From Escherichia phage phiWec181, in sequence record LC739534.1: a stretch of 64,000 nt of DNA; one strand, written 5' to 3'. The notes below the pieces were generated by a model that was not told the origin of the DNA, did not search any database, and was given only the letters and a program-made list of their open reading frames with translations. A program made the position numbers and the translations under genes. How positions within the stretch are numbered: position 1 is the first letter of the stretch; each line of letters starts with the position of its first letter. Shown here one piece after another: positions 35,471-43,527 of the stretch.

Positions 35471-35701
35471 TTAATGAACAATTTCATATTCGTGAGGAAG
35501 GAAAACATAATCTTCCCCTTCACCTGCATCTTCTTCATCCCAGAAGAAACCTGGTATCTCAATCATCTTCGAAAAGCGCACATGCGCCAACCCACTATAC
35601 CCTATCTGTGCATTCAGCACAACGGGTAACTCTGCACCAATCAGACCTACATACCCGCAAGCGGTTTCAATACGAATTTTCATACGTTTTATGTTATGCA
35701 T
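35471..35701 (-). CDS. small protein (76 aa), paralog family C
   Basis: Related to CDS 30857..31078; weak SD. Confidence 0.45.
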   Translation of the reverse strand: MHNIKRMKIRIETACGYVGLIGAELPVVLNAQIGYSGLAHVRFSKMIEIPGFFWDEEDAGEGEDYVFLPHEYEIVH

Positions 35702-35903
35702 CTTTCATATTCTCCACGAAGTGACGAGCAACAGGATTCCCGTAGAAATATTCATTGATGAAATCGATCACACAGGTTTCACTGCCTGTCACAACGGACG
35801 GTGCGAAGTTTCGGAACTGCACGAGTACACGACTTGCGTTAGCAAGGGCGTTCACACGATCAGTATTAGCTAAATACAAGGATACAGTTTTCATATTCGA
35901 CAT
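35694..35903 (-). CDS. hypothetical protein (69 aa)
   Basis: SD TGAGGAGA upstream. Confidence 0.5.
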   Translation of the reverse strand: MSNMKTVSLYLANTDRVNALANASRVLVQFRNFAPSVVTGSETCVIDFINEYFYGNPVARHFVENMKDA

Positions 35904-35974
35904 TTCAATCTCCTCATTGGCTATCTGTTATGCGCGGTATTGCGCCTCTCATGCAAACAAGTATACAGACATTT

Positions 35975-36343
35975 TTATTCAATGCAAGCATTATTTGCAT
36001 CTTCGATGCGATCTTTCACCCATTGAAGACGTAACGTGTTGGTATGACACGCCAAGTCTATACACTCTGAAAGGTAATCCATGCAATCTGCATTGAACGG
36101 AAGATTGTAGTCCAGTTTTGCACATGTAAATTGTTTCCTCATTTCGTATTTCAAACTATCCAACAAACGATCACGCCATCTTTTATCTTCTTCTCTAATT
36201 ACCTCACCAACAAAATCATCTACATAATCTACCAGACAACCACACAAGCCACTCGTTGTGCGATTCATTGCCGGATGGTTGGCAATCCATGCTTTATAGA
36301 ATCGTATTAATGTTGCACTGCTCAACGGAATGTTACTTTTCAT
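35975..36343 (-). CDS. paralog family A member
   Basis: Family A pattern (LIRFYKAWIANH...GLCGCL...LPFNAD...RLQWVKDRI); SD GAAGGAGG upstream of ATG 36343. Confidence 0.6.
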   Translation of the reverse strand: MKSNIPLSSATLIRFYKAWIANHPAMNRTTSGLCGCLVDYVDDFVGEVIREEDKRWRDRLLDSLKYEMRKQFTCAKLDYNLPFNADCMDYLSECIDLACHTNTLRLQWVKDRIEDANNACIE

Positions 36344-36698
36344 TATTGCCTCCTTCACAATCCTGGATACGATCTTCTACCCATTGCACACGCAGTCGGT
36401 TGAGATGACATTTTCTGTTTTCACATTCTTCCTCGTAGTCGAAGAAGTTGGTATTGAAAGGTGTGGTTTTAGACAACCCTGCATACATAAACTGTACCAG
36501 CATTTCATCAGCTAAAGCTTCACGCATCTCCCAAAACTGATCCACATCGGCACCATGTATCGGACACAATACGTCCCATGCAAAATTGCCTAAACATACG
36601 CACAAGCCATTCGCTGTGTTCACCAACTCACTACGGTGAGCCATCCAATTCTTATAGAACATCAGAAGAGTATCACTACTCAAGGGAATATTTTTCAT
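36333..36698 (-). CDS. paralog family A member
   Basis: Family A pattern; N-terminus MKNIPLSSDTLLMFYKNWM; SD AAAGGAG upstream. Confidence 0.6.
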   Translation of the reverse strand: MKNIPLSSDTLLMFYKNWMAHRSELVNTANGLCVCLGNFAWDVLCPIHGADVDQFWEMREALADEMLVQFMYAGLSKTTPFNTNFFDYEEECENRKCHLNRLRVQWVEDRIQDCEGGNNEK

Positions 36699-36699
36699 A

Positions 36700-37080
36700 T
36701 CAGGCTCCTTTACGATTATGGAAACAATCTTTCACTCGCTCTTGCACCCACTCTACACGAAGCTTGTTTTCATGCGCTCTGTTGTGGTTATGCTCTTGCA
36801 CATAGTCTTCGTAGTTCACATTAAAGGGAACACTGACAGACAATCCTGCACAACGAAATTGTTTCTTCATTTCTTTTAATGTCGCATCACTTAGGGCACA
36901 AAGCTGATTTGCCTGTTCCTCACTGAAGTTACTGTCCCACATCTCATCCCAGATAAAACTATCCAAGCATACACATAACCCATGCCTTGTGCGCTCTTTA
37001 GTATGATGATCAGCAAGCCAACTTTCATAGAAAGCTAACAACACCGGACTACTCAACGGAACATTTTTACTCTCTTGCAT
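36700..37080 (-). CDS. paralog family A member
   Basis: Family A pattern; SD AGAGAGGAGA upstream of ATG 37080; ORF-track start 37167 lacks SD. Confidence 0.6.
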   Translation of the reverse strand: MQESKNVPLSSPVLLAFYESWLADHHTKERTRHGLCVCLDSFIWDEMWDSNFSEEQANQLCALSDATLKEMKKQFRCAGLSVSVPFNVNYEDYVQEHNHNRAHENKLRVEWVQERVKDCFHNRKGA

Positions 37081-37133
37081 GATAATCTCCTCTCTTGGTT
37101 TCATGACAAACATCCTAATTCTCAACGAGGAAC

Positions 37134-37162
37134 ATCTTACGATCAATCCTCGGCAATTACAA
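37134..37162 (-). promoter_or_regulatory. putative sigma70-type promoter for the three tandem family-A genes
   Basis: Minus strand TTGTAA, 17-nt spacer, TAAGAT (same -10 as array promoters). Confidence 0.35.
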
Positions 37163-37437
37163 TTCATTTATCATCGCTTTTCCCTATCAATTATTCTATA
37201 TATACCTGTTATTTTTGACACCCCCTTTGGTCAAATATTAATCGGCAAAATATCTGGGGGTACTCTATAAAATGATGCCCCCTGTTCCTGCAATTTATCG
37301 AGGAGAATATCATTCGACTATCATCGGCAAAGAGACAGAAAAGCCTTTGGTAGCAAGGATTTATGGCGAGTACGTCAGGACTGCTTAACGCGAATTTTTC
37401 GGCCCCTCCACTTCTGCGAGCCGGAATCCTCAAATAT

Positions 37438-37470
37438 CAATGAGAATAATTATCATTATCATTCGTATTC
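37438..37470. promoter_or_regulatory. Fur-box-like palindromic operator motif
   Basis: AATGAGAATAATTATCATTATCATT: 16/19 identity to Fur consensus GATAATGATAATCATTATC; related copies at 52026..52140. Confidence 0.35.
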
Positions 37471-37859
37471 AATAACTTAGGCGATCTTTTCCCCTGCTAT
37501 AAGGTCGGGCCTAACTTAACCATCACTTTTCAAACAATCCTTTATCAATCAACTACTTAACAACCTAAACATATGATTACTACGGTGTAAAGGTGCCGCC
37601 CATAACAGACTACCTATAAAATAGATGAGAATGATTATTATTCAGACAATTCTTACAACAAATCGACCAACAAATCAAGAATTTTCTTATTTTTATTCAC
37701 GTTTAAGAGAACGTGCTCAACATTCCGCTACGCGTAACGGTTCGCCCCCAAAAGATTAGCCTTTGCTTTCCTGTATATTTATACACTATGTGCAAGGTGT
37801 CGCTACACGCTCGCCTTGCCCCGCATAATCCTTCACTGTGCTAATGATTTCATAGTGCA

Positions 37860-38060
37860 ACAATAACACTTATTATTATATTACGCTTAATTATTCTTAC
37901 ATACAATGCTAATAATAAGCCAGCGTAATTAGTGTAAGCGTAATACGCTTGCAATAATTGCAAGCTACATAATCACAAGAAATAACTATCACCGATAGTT
38001 ATGATTGTGGGGGTGTAGTTGGCTTATTATTAGCTCGCTACGTGTCCGGCGTAGCGTGCT
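37860..38060. repeat. cluster of four distinct perfect palindromes in non-coding DNA
   Basis: AAGCGTA-a-TACGCTT, GCTTGCAAT-a-ATTGCAAGC, ATAACTATC-acc-GATAGTTAT, CGCTACG-N7-CGTAGCG within ~120 bp. Confidence 0.45.
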
Positions 38061-38099
38061 AATGATGAGGCTTGGAATGATTCATTTTGCAATTATTAC

Positions 38100-38480
38100 A
38101 GTCTTCACTATTTTGATAATAGTTGTTCTTTTAATGGTTTCATTTGTTATCGTTAGTTAGTTGGTTGTTTTGTAGTGTTATCGTTATCTTGCTTAGTATT
38201 CATCACGGTTTGATTGTTTGTCGTTATCAATCATCTTTCTATTATTCCTTTGATTATGATTAGTTTGCTTATTGTTTTAGGTTGTTGGTTGGTTAGTTGT
38301 TGCGAACTATTATCAACATTATAGTTATGCACTTATATTGCATAGATACGCAAGGGTAGATGATAATGGTTATCATTGCACTGGAAAGGAAGAAAACAGC
38401 CTTTTTCGGTTGTTTGTTGTTGGTTGTTGATCTATTTTAACCGCTCTAAATAGCTCTCTAACAGCCTGTTTACCTGGGGT
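38100..38480. repeat. G+T-rich low-complexity tract with reiterated GTTATC / GGTTGG motifs (iteron-like)
   Basis: Multiple GTTATC(G/A) and GTTGTTGG repeats; no ORF with SD on either strand. Confidence 0.4.
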
Positions 38481-38583
38481 GTATGGTTATTCGTTTGCTG
38501 GTTGATTAGCTCGATACCGCGATTTATTCAGTTTTGTTCTGTGTCGGTTTTTCATAGGCGGAATCTATCAACATTGTTCGGGC

Positions 38584-38612
38584 AAAAAGAAAGGGCGCTT
38601 GGTGCGCCCCTT
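38584..38612 (-). terminator. rho-independent terminator
   Basis: AAGGGGCGC-ACCAA-GCGCCCTT hairpin followed by TTTCTTTTT on minus strand, just after CDS 38626..39045. Confidence 0.55.
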
Positions 38613-38625
38613 GTTTTGTTGTCGA

Positions 38626-39045
38626 TTATAACGCTTCATAGATTGAGTAGATCCGGTTCGCCAGGTCATTACGAAAGCGGAATTTTTCATCACGTTTAAT
38701 CATCAGATCCTTAAAACCGCATTCTTTCAAGGCTTCATTAACTTTACTGCGGCATACTTTCATATTGTCCTGCGCGTCACCAATAAACTTATTGCTATGA
38801 TGCATTGCTTTGATCTCTTCCTCCAGGACCAGGGCAACTACACGGATCGGATCAAGCTGATACGCGGTAACATCCATGCGGCATTGTAAACGGCTTTTAA
38901 CATCGTTTACCGGATACACTGCAACCTCTTCCCCGTCAACGTTCACGATAACCAGTTTGCCATCAATTTCGAAGCCTTTAGCGGCGCTACCGTGACAAAA
39001 AGCGTTATCGAAGGAGTAAGCCGGATTATTTGATTTAATGTTCAT
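38626..39045 (-). CDS. hypothetical protein (139 aa)
   Basis: SD AAAGGAC upstream; promoter TTGACA inside palindrome CCCCTGTCAATAGGGG upstream. Confidence 0.55.
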   Translation of the reverse strand: MNIKSNNPAYSFDNAFCHGSAAKGFEIDGKLVIVNVDGEEVAVYPVNDVKSRLQCRMDVTAYQLDPIRVVALVLEEEIKAMHHSNKFIGDAQDNMKVCRSKVNEALKECGFKDLMIKRDEKFRFRNDLANRIYSIYEAL

Positions 39046-39156
39046 GTTGTTGTCCTTTGTTTGGTTGCGTTGTTTGCTGCCAGTGAGTTAAATATAATAT
39101 AACGCCGATCCCCTGTCAATAGGGGATAGCGTATTATTTACATTTCTTTACGTTAA

Positions 39157-39175
39157 AGGGCGCTTAGTGCGCCCT
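39157..39175 (-). promoter_or_regulatory. intergenic GC hairpin (weak terminator or mRNA-stabilising element)
   Basis: AGGGCGC-ACTAA-GCGCCCT 10 nt after stop of CDS 39185..39553; only a short T-run follows. Confidence 0.35.
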
Positions 39176-39184
39176 TGTATAATC

Positions 39185-39553
39185 TTACTTTGTGCGGTTG
39201 TGAACGTTATCGCGTTCAACCATCAAGGCAAGGCGGATCAGTTGATCAGTTGTATCGCGTAAGCTGTCAGGCCATGTCTTATAGTTCCAGCTATCCAGGT
39301 TTGATTGTATATAGGTTTCAATCGCTTGATCCATATTATCAAACAAGTTTTCCTCCAAGCTCTCGGCTGTTTCACACTGGAAAGCATCAGCGACACTATT
39401 AATCAATAAGCAAGCCAGTAAATCAGCGTTGCGCCAATTTTTACGGATAGTTTCATCTGTCAGATAACCAACGAGATTAACCTTTGCGCCAGTGGTGGAC
39501 GTTGCGATCACTTCTTGCGCTTTTTCAACTGCTTTAATTGCTGATTTGCTCAT
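39185..39553 (-). CDS. hypothetical protein (122 aa)
   Basis: SD AAAGAGGAAAAG upstream. Confidence 0.55.
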   Translation of the reverse strand: MSKSAIKAVEKAQEVIATSTTGAKVNLVGYLTDETIRKNWRNADLLACLLINSVADAFQCETAESLEENLFDNMDQAIETYIQSNLDSWNYKTWPDSLRDTTDQLIRLALMVERDNVHNRTK

Positions 39554-39631
39554 CTTCTTTTCCTCTTTGTGGGCTTGCTGTATTGCTTGCCCTACGCAAT
39601 AACTATAAGTTAACAGGGTGTATAAAGCAAG

Positions 39632-39865
39632 CTATTTTTTATAAAATTTTTCTGCTGTGATATTCTTCCCTGTAGGCTTAACCGCTTGCAAAATCTTATC
39701 ATGTGCCGAACGTCCAAAGGAATAAGATCCGTAAACGGTAAACCAATAATCGCCATTGGGTTGCACGGTTACGGCGGCGTATGGTGTACCTCTCTCATTA
39801 TCACCGATAAAGTGTGAAACATTGCCGTTAACGTTCGATTTAGTGCTTTTAATTTGTCCGATCAT
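39632..39865 (-). CDS. hypothetical protein (77 aa)
   Basis: SD TAGGAAT upstream. Confidence 0.5.
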   Translation of the reverse strand: MIGQIKSTKSNVNGNVSHFIGDNERGTPYAAVTVQPNGDYWFTVYGSYSFGRSAHDKILQAVKPTGKNITAEKFYKK

Positions 39866-39885
39866 GGTGTTATTCCTATATTAGA

Positions 39886-39942
39886 CGGGAAACATTCCCG
39901 CCCTACGTGATAAATAATAATATAAGCGTGATCCGGTGTCAA
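39886..39942 (-). promoter_or_regulatory. promoter + 5'-proximal GC stem-loop cassette (PeSL-like), hairpin class IV
   Basis: Minus strand TTGACA, 17 nt, TATTAT, 10 nt, GGGAATGTTTCCC hairpin, then CDS 39632..39865. Confidence 0.5.
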
Positions 39943-40077
39943 TAGGTAGAATTGTAAAGATTTGATAGTTTGTCTCTTTGTTGTTTTGTTGTTTGATAGA
40001 TGTTAGCTATCAATATATAGCGGGGTCGTCCGGTGATTACCTCCCCCGTTGCCAGTGCCGCCCGTTCAATAAGCATA

Positions 40078-40107
40078 ACAAAAAACAGGACAAAAGCAAG
40101 CCCTGTT
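40078..40107 (-). terminator. rho-independent terminator
   Basis: ACAGGGCTTGCTTTTGTCCTGT hairpin followed by TTTTTTGTT on minus strand after CDS 40117..40320. Confidence 0.55.
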
Positions 40108-40116
40108 TTGTAAAGA

Positions 40117-40320
40117 TTAGATGATCTGCATATCCTCCACGATAATTTCTAATTTCCAAACAAGATGATCTAAGCTCCCTGATAAAAATGATTCCGATAC
40201 ATAACCGCCATCGGACACCGTAGCAAGGATCTCGCCATTTGCTTGCTCTTTGATTTGAACATCCAGGCGGTTAGCCTTTGCTTTGTTCAGGACGGCGATC
40301 AGGCGGTTAGCTGTAGTCAT
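40117..40320 (-). CDS. hypothetical protein (67 aa)
   Basis: SD GAAAGGAAAA upstream; loosely similar to CDS 41063..41299. Confidence 0.5.
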   Translation of the reverse strand: MTTANRLIAVLNKAKANRLDVQIKEQANGEILATVSDGGYVSESFLSGSLDHLVWKLEIIVEDMQII

Positions 40321-40340
40321 GGTGTTTTCCTTTCAGTTGT

Positions 40341-40398
40341 GAGCGGCACCATTGCCGCCCTACGTGATACATCTTACACTATCAGATACATTGTGCAA
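40341..40398 (-). promoter_or_regulatory. PeSL-like cassette, hairpin class I
   Basis: TTGCAC, ~16 nt, TAAGAT, 10 nt, GGCGGCA-ATGG-TGCCGCT hairpin ~20 nt before ATG of CDS 40117..40320. Confidence 0.5.
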
Positions 40399-40404
40399 GC
40401 TATT

Positions 40405-40596
40405 TTAGATCTCGTCACCTATATAATCAGATCTGTTCTTCTCTGTCATACGTTTTAATAATTCTTGCATATCGCTTATAGCTTGCAATGTGTCTTCTTC
40501 CAGGCTTGAATCCACATAGTCAGGATCATTCTTTACCTTGCTATGGTTATGATAGCGCAACGCTGCTAATACCTTTCTAACTTGTTCCACGTTCAT
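40405..40596 (-). CDS. hypothetical protein (63 aa)
   Basis: ORF; weak SD AAGGG. Confidence 0.45.
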   Translation of the reverse strand: MNVEQVRKVLAALRYHNHSKVKNDPDYVDSSLEEDTLQAISDMQELLKRMTEKNRSDYIGDEI

Positions 40597-40605
40597 GATG
40601 TACCC

Positions 40606-40725
40606 TTAAAATAGTGTGCCGATGGAAGATAGCAGGTCACTAATAACCAGGACCAGATCTACTATCACATATCTAATCAGGAAGGGGATTAGCGCCAGCG
40701 TCGCTACTATGATCCCCATTGTCAT
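40606..40725 (-). CDS. small hydrophobic peptide (39 aa)
   Basis: MTMGIIVATLALIPFLIRYVIVDLVLV...; SD GAGAAAGG upstream; not in ORF track. Confidence 0.4.
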   Translation of the reverse strand: MTMGIIVATLALIPFLIRYVIVDLVLVISDLLSSIGTLF

Positions 40726-40736
40726 GATTACCTTTC

Positions 40737-41027
40737 TCATTGTTGGCGGTTTACATAAGCTTTACCGTTTACGGTCATCGGTATGGCCTCAAGGTCTGGA
40801 TCTTCCTTAAGGTCGCGTGCAAGCTCACCGCACCGGACACCCTCGAATCCGTGGTATTCTGTTTCCCCGTTCTTAAAAGTTTTAGCGGCAAGGCATAGGC
40901 GATAATTAACACCGATCCGGTTTACTGCGTTGATATCGGTTAACGTGATCGATTCCGGCAAATCGTTAGCCATTACAGGCGCGTTAATACCAACAACCAG
41001 GGCAACTACTGCGATCATCTTTTTCAT
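40737..41027 (-). CDS. small secreted protein (96 aa) with signal peptide
   Basis: MKKMIAVVALVVGINAPVMA signal-like N-terminus; SD GGAAGAGGA upstream. Confidence 0.5.
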   Translation of the reverse strand: MKKMIAVVALVVGINAPVMANDLPESITLTDINAVNRIGVNYRLCLAAKTFKNGETEYHGFEGVRCGELARDLKEDPDLEAIPMTVNGKAYVNRQQ

Positions 41028-41062
41028 GTGTCTATCCTCTTCCTATTGCGTTTAATGGGGCG

Positions 41063-41299
41063 TTATTGATTGATGTTATGATGAAAGTTATTTTCTTCAA
41101 CGGCTTTTAAAATAAAGGCTGTTACCGCTTTCGTGTCTACTTGTTCGAACGTATCAGAATAAGCCCAATAATAATCATCCCCTACTTTAGGCGGGTAAAC
41201 CTGGACAAGGAGATCGCCACCTGGTTGATCTATAAGCTCAACATGTAAGCCGGATGATTCAGCGGTTTTAACGGCGTTTAATACTGTTGCAATACTCAT
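41063..41299 (-). CDS. hypothetical protein (78 aa)
   Basis: SD GAAAGGAAAAG upstream. Confidence 0.5.
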   Translation of the reverse strand: MSIATVLNAVKTAESSGLHVELIDQPGGDLLVQVYPPKVGDDYYWAYSDTFEQVDTKAVTAFILKAVEENNFHHNINQ

Positions 41300-41318
41300 A
41301 ATCTTTTCCTTTCTAATG

Positions 41319-41334
41319 TGGGGCGTTGCCGCCC
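41319..41334 (-). promoter_or_regulatory. intergenic GC hairpin without adjacent promoter
   Basis: GGGGCG-GCAA-CGCCCC between CDS 41344..41643 and 41063..41299; no -35/-10 next to it. Confidence 0.3.
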
Positions 41335-41343
41335 CTTTGTTGA

Positions 41344-41643
41344 TTAGATCGCTGTTTCCAGTAGTTCGGCTAACGTCTTACCGCCTGATAGTTGGTCTAA
41401 CGTTTGCTCTTCTGACAAGAAATTAGCGGATATTAAACCGACCTGGTTCCCTTTGTGCCAGTTAGCCTGGCGGGTGATTCCATCCTTTAAGGATTTTACC
41501 GCCATTGTGCAACCATCACCAAATGATTCATTTTTATGGTCCATCACTTCATAAGCGCCCAGCTTGCTGCTGTTAGGCACCATTAACGCGAATACATCAC
41601 CAACAACCAGTTTTTCTACGGTAACAATAGCGATAGTTTCCAT
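41344..41643 (-). CDS. hypothetical protein (99 aa)
   Basis: SD TGAGGAAAAC upstream. Confidence 0.5.
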   Translation of the reverse strand: METIAIVTVEKLVVGDVFALMVPNSSKLGAYEVMDHKNESFGDGCTMAVKSLKDGITRQANWHKGNQVGLISANFLSEEQTLDQLSGGKTLAELLETAI

Positions 41644-41660
41644 TTTGTTTTCCTCATTAT

Positions 41661-41718
41661 CGGCGGCACCATTGCCGCCCTACGTGGTAAATATTATCAC
41701 ACTGGCGATCTGTGTCAA
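41661..41718 (-). promoter_or_regulatory. PeSL-like cassette, hairpin class I
   Basis: TTGACA, 16 nt, TAATAT, 10 nt, GGCGGCA-ATGG-TGCCGCC hairpin, then CDS 41344..41643. Confidence 0.5.
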
Positions 41719-41724
41719 TACTTT

Positions 41725-42111
41725 TTATTCAATATAAATCAAATTATCTTCACCAATGTAAGCCGACACGTCCGGCATGAATTTAGCGGCATTTGTTAGG
41801 CGGTTGGCTGTGTTAGTAGTGTATATTTCAGGGCGATCCCAAAATCCTACGCCGTGACCGTTACGGGTAAAATGTAAATCATTCCCGATCTGGTTGGCTG
41901 TAGCGCCGTCGCTCATTGCTTCCGCAATAGCGGCAACGTTAGCATTACAAAATGATGTAACATCGTCCGCGATACGGTCCAGGGCTTGAGAAGAAAAATC
42001 ATAATCGTCTAAGTTATCAATAAAATCACCTTCGTGATCCCTGGCTGATTCAGCAAAAATAAAAACGTCTTTATAACCGTTGATGATTTCGTTAATGATT
42101 TCTGTTTTCAT
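41725..42111 (-). CDS. hypothetical acidic protein (128 aa)
   Basis: SD AAAGAGAGA upstream. Confidence 0.55.
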   Translation of the reverse strand: MKTEIINEIINGYKDVFIFAESARDHEGDFIDNLDDYDFSSQALDRIADDVTSFCNANVAAIAEAMSDGATANQIGNDLHFTRNGHGVGFWDRPEIYTTNTANRLTNAAKFMPDVSAYIGEDNLIYIE

Positions 42112-42125
42112 GTTGTGTCTCTCTT

Positions 42126-42230
42126 TTAACCGATACCGTGGGAAGATAGGATCATATTAGCCATAGTTGCAACCACTCCAACCGATAACGCCAGGCCAAC
42201 TACTGCAACCGTGAAAATTTTCTCTAACAT
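42126..42230 (-). CDS. small hydrophobic peptide (34 aa)
   Basis: MLEKIFTVAVVGLALSVGVVATMANMILSSHGIG; SD GAGGGTAG upstream; C-terminus resembles 40606..40725 peptide; not in ORF track. Confidence 0.4.
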   Translation of the reverse strand: MLEKIFTVAVVGLALSVGVVATMANMILSSHGIG

Positions 42231-42248
42231 GATGCTACCCTCATTAAT

Positions 42249-42310
42249 GGGCGTTGCCTTATTGCCCCGCCCTACGTAATACAGTTTACCCGATTTATAA
42301 TTGTTGTCAA
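42249..42310 (-). promoter_or_regulatory. PeSL-like cassette, hairpin class V
   Basis: TTGACA, 16 nt, TAAACT, 10 nt, GC hairpin GGGCG...CGCCC, then small ORF 42126..42230. Confidence 0.45.
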
Positions 42311-42311
42311 A

Positions 42312-42593
42312 TTATTTTTTCAAGCTTGACCACTCAAAACACGGCGGGATCTCGTTAAAACTTGCACCCTGTAAAGCACATAATTTTTTAGCAATAGCCG
42401 CCGTAACCTGGCGTTGTACGCGCGGATCTGCTACTGATTGGAGAAAGTAGGCGGCTTTATATGTGATCATGCTTTCGCCTGTTTCCTTGTTAACGTGGTG
42501 CACTATTTTAGCCTTATCATCTTTAACCAGGGTGTAACCGGATTCGATGGCCTTGATTGCAACGTCCAATGATATTTTCATGATTTGTCTCAT
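42312..42593 (-). CDS. hypothetical protein (93 aa)
   Basis: ATG only 7 nt after hairpin and without SD; possible short-leader translation. Confidence 0.45.
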   Translation of the reverse strand: MRQIMKISLDVAIKAIESGYTLVKDDKAKIVHHVNKETGESMITYKAAYFLQSVADPRVQRQVTAAIAKKLCALQGASFNEIPPCFEWSSLKK

Positions 42594-42599
42594 CTGATA

Positions 42600-42658
42600 A
42601 GCGGGGCGGTTGTCGCCCCTGTAAAATGAATACTACGCGCTTATTTTGCTGTTGTCAA
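42600..42658 (-). promoter_or_regulatory. PeSL-like cassette, hairpin class III
   Basis: TTGACA, 17 nt, TAGTAT, ~10 nt, GGGGCG-ACAAC-CGCCCC hairpin, then CDS 42312..42593. Confidence 0.5.
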
Positions 42659-42823
42659 CAACGGGCGAAAAAACTTTTTGATCTGGTTTGCTGTTAGGCG
42701 CATATCTGCTTTGAGCGTTGCCAGGCGATAAGCTTTACCCTTGATCAGTTTATGGTGTCCGGTGCCGTTGCCGATGATAACATCGATTTCACACAATACG
42801 CGGGAAGCATCAATCTTTTTCAT
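42641..42823 (-). CDS. hypothetical basic protein (60 aa)
   Basis: SD GAAAGGTAA upstream. Confidence 0.45.
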   Translation of the reverse strand: MKKIDASRVLCEIDVIIGNGTGHHKLIKGKAYRLATLKADMRLTANQIKKFFRPLLTTAK

Positions 42824-42843
42824 GTTGTTACCTTTCGTGTTAT

Positions 42844-42899
42844 GGGGCGCTTGTCGCCCCCTGTCTGATAAAGATAATCCCTTTCGGGATATCTGTCAA
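42844..42899 (-). promoter_or_regulatory. PeSL-like cassette, hairpin class III, with second hairpin in promoter spacer
   Basis: TTGACA, 17 nt (contains ATCCC-GAAA-GGGAT), TATCTT, 10 nt, GGGGCG-ACAAG-CGCCCC. Confidence 0.5.
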
Positions 42900-42905
42900 C
42901 TATTT

Positions 42906-43091
42906 TTATTGTACGGTGTGGCGATCGCTGTATTCAGCGTAAAACTCACATCCATCGTCACGGCTATCAAGTTTAACGATGTACCCGCTATTCCAACGTT
43001 CAACTGATACTACCGGATAATACTTCCCGTTAAGGATATTTTTCACCAGGTCGCCTTTTACCAGTTCTTTCGTTTTCTTGTAAGTAGTCAT
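42906..43091 (-). CDS. hypothetical protein (61 aa)
   Basis: ATG 43091 preceded by AGAAGAGAAAAC; ORF-track start 43172 would lie inside the promoter cassette. Confidence 0.45.
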   Translation of the reverse strand: MTTYKKTKELVKGDLVKNILNGKYYPVVSVERWNSGYIVKLDSRDDGCEFYAEYSDRHTVQ

Positions 43092-43110
43092 GATGTTTTC
43101 TCTTCTGTTT

Positions 43111-43172
43111 TGCGGTGGACCGTTCCGCCGCCCTATGTAATAAACTATACGCGCCAACGTTCCAGGCGTCAA
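43111..43172 (-). promoter_or_regulatory. PeSL-like cassette, hairpin class II
   Basis: TTGACG, 17 nt, TATAGT, 10 nt, GGCGGCGGA-ACGG-TCCACCGC hairpin. Confidence 0.5.
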
Positions 43173-43289
43173 GTATATTTTTAAAATTATTTTCTACAAC
43201 GTAAAACGCCCCAGCATAAGCCAGGGCGCACTAATTAAATCAGGTAGGGGATTGCATTGCCTTACACCTTTTAGGCTGTTAGCTGGCGA

Positions 43290-43517
43290 TTAGTAGCGTA
43301 GGATGTTTACACGCTCATCCCGCCCCAAGATATCTTCATATCTGTTTCCCCTTCCTTCGTACCAGATGATCACGGTGTCAGGATCAAACGGATTGTTTTC
43401 GATAGCCGTTACCTTACAAAAATCATAAAACGGGAACGGATAAACGCCAACCTGTAAACGCGCCCGATCTCCTGGGCGAATGGTAGCGGCACGATCTGCA
43501 ATGACATTGTTATACAT
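43290..43517 (-). CDS. hypothetical protein (75 aa)
   Basis: SD TAAGGGG upstream of ATG 43517. Confidence 0.45.
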   Translation of the reverse strand: MYNNVIADRAATIRPGDRARLQVGVYPFPFYDFCKVTAIENNPFDPDTVIIWYEGRGNRYEDILGRDERVNILRY

Positions 43518-43527
43518 AGTAAGCCCC

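Noticed and set aside
37209-37433. 74-aa minus-strand ORF and a 38-aa + strand ORF (37272..37388) in the non-coding region
   Set aside because: Neither has a convincing SD or promoter context; both are Arg/Cys-rich or short. Region treated as non-coding.
37170-38583. tRNA or other known structured RNA genes in the long non-coding regions (also 51780..52590)
   Set aside because: No cloverleaf with a GTTCRANYC T-loop and 7-bp acceptor stem could be built by eye. Cannot be fully excluded without tRNAscan or Infernal.
40341-40360. Cassette GC hairpins as rho-independent terminators
   Set aside because: No U-run follows the hairpin on either strand, and the hairpin lies ~10 nt downstream of a -10 box, where the transcript would begin. 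Genuine terminators with T-runs occur elsewhere (e.g. 40078..40107, 45470..45493).
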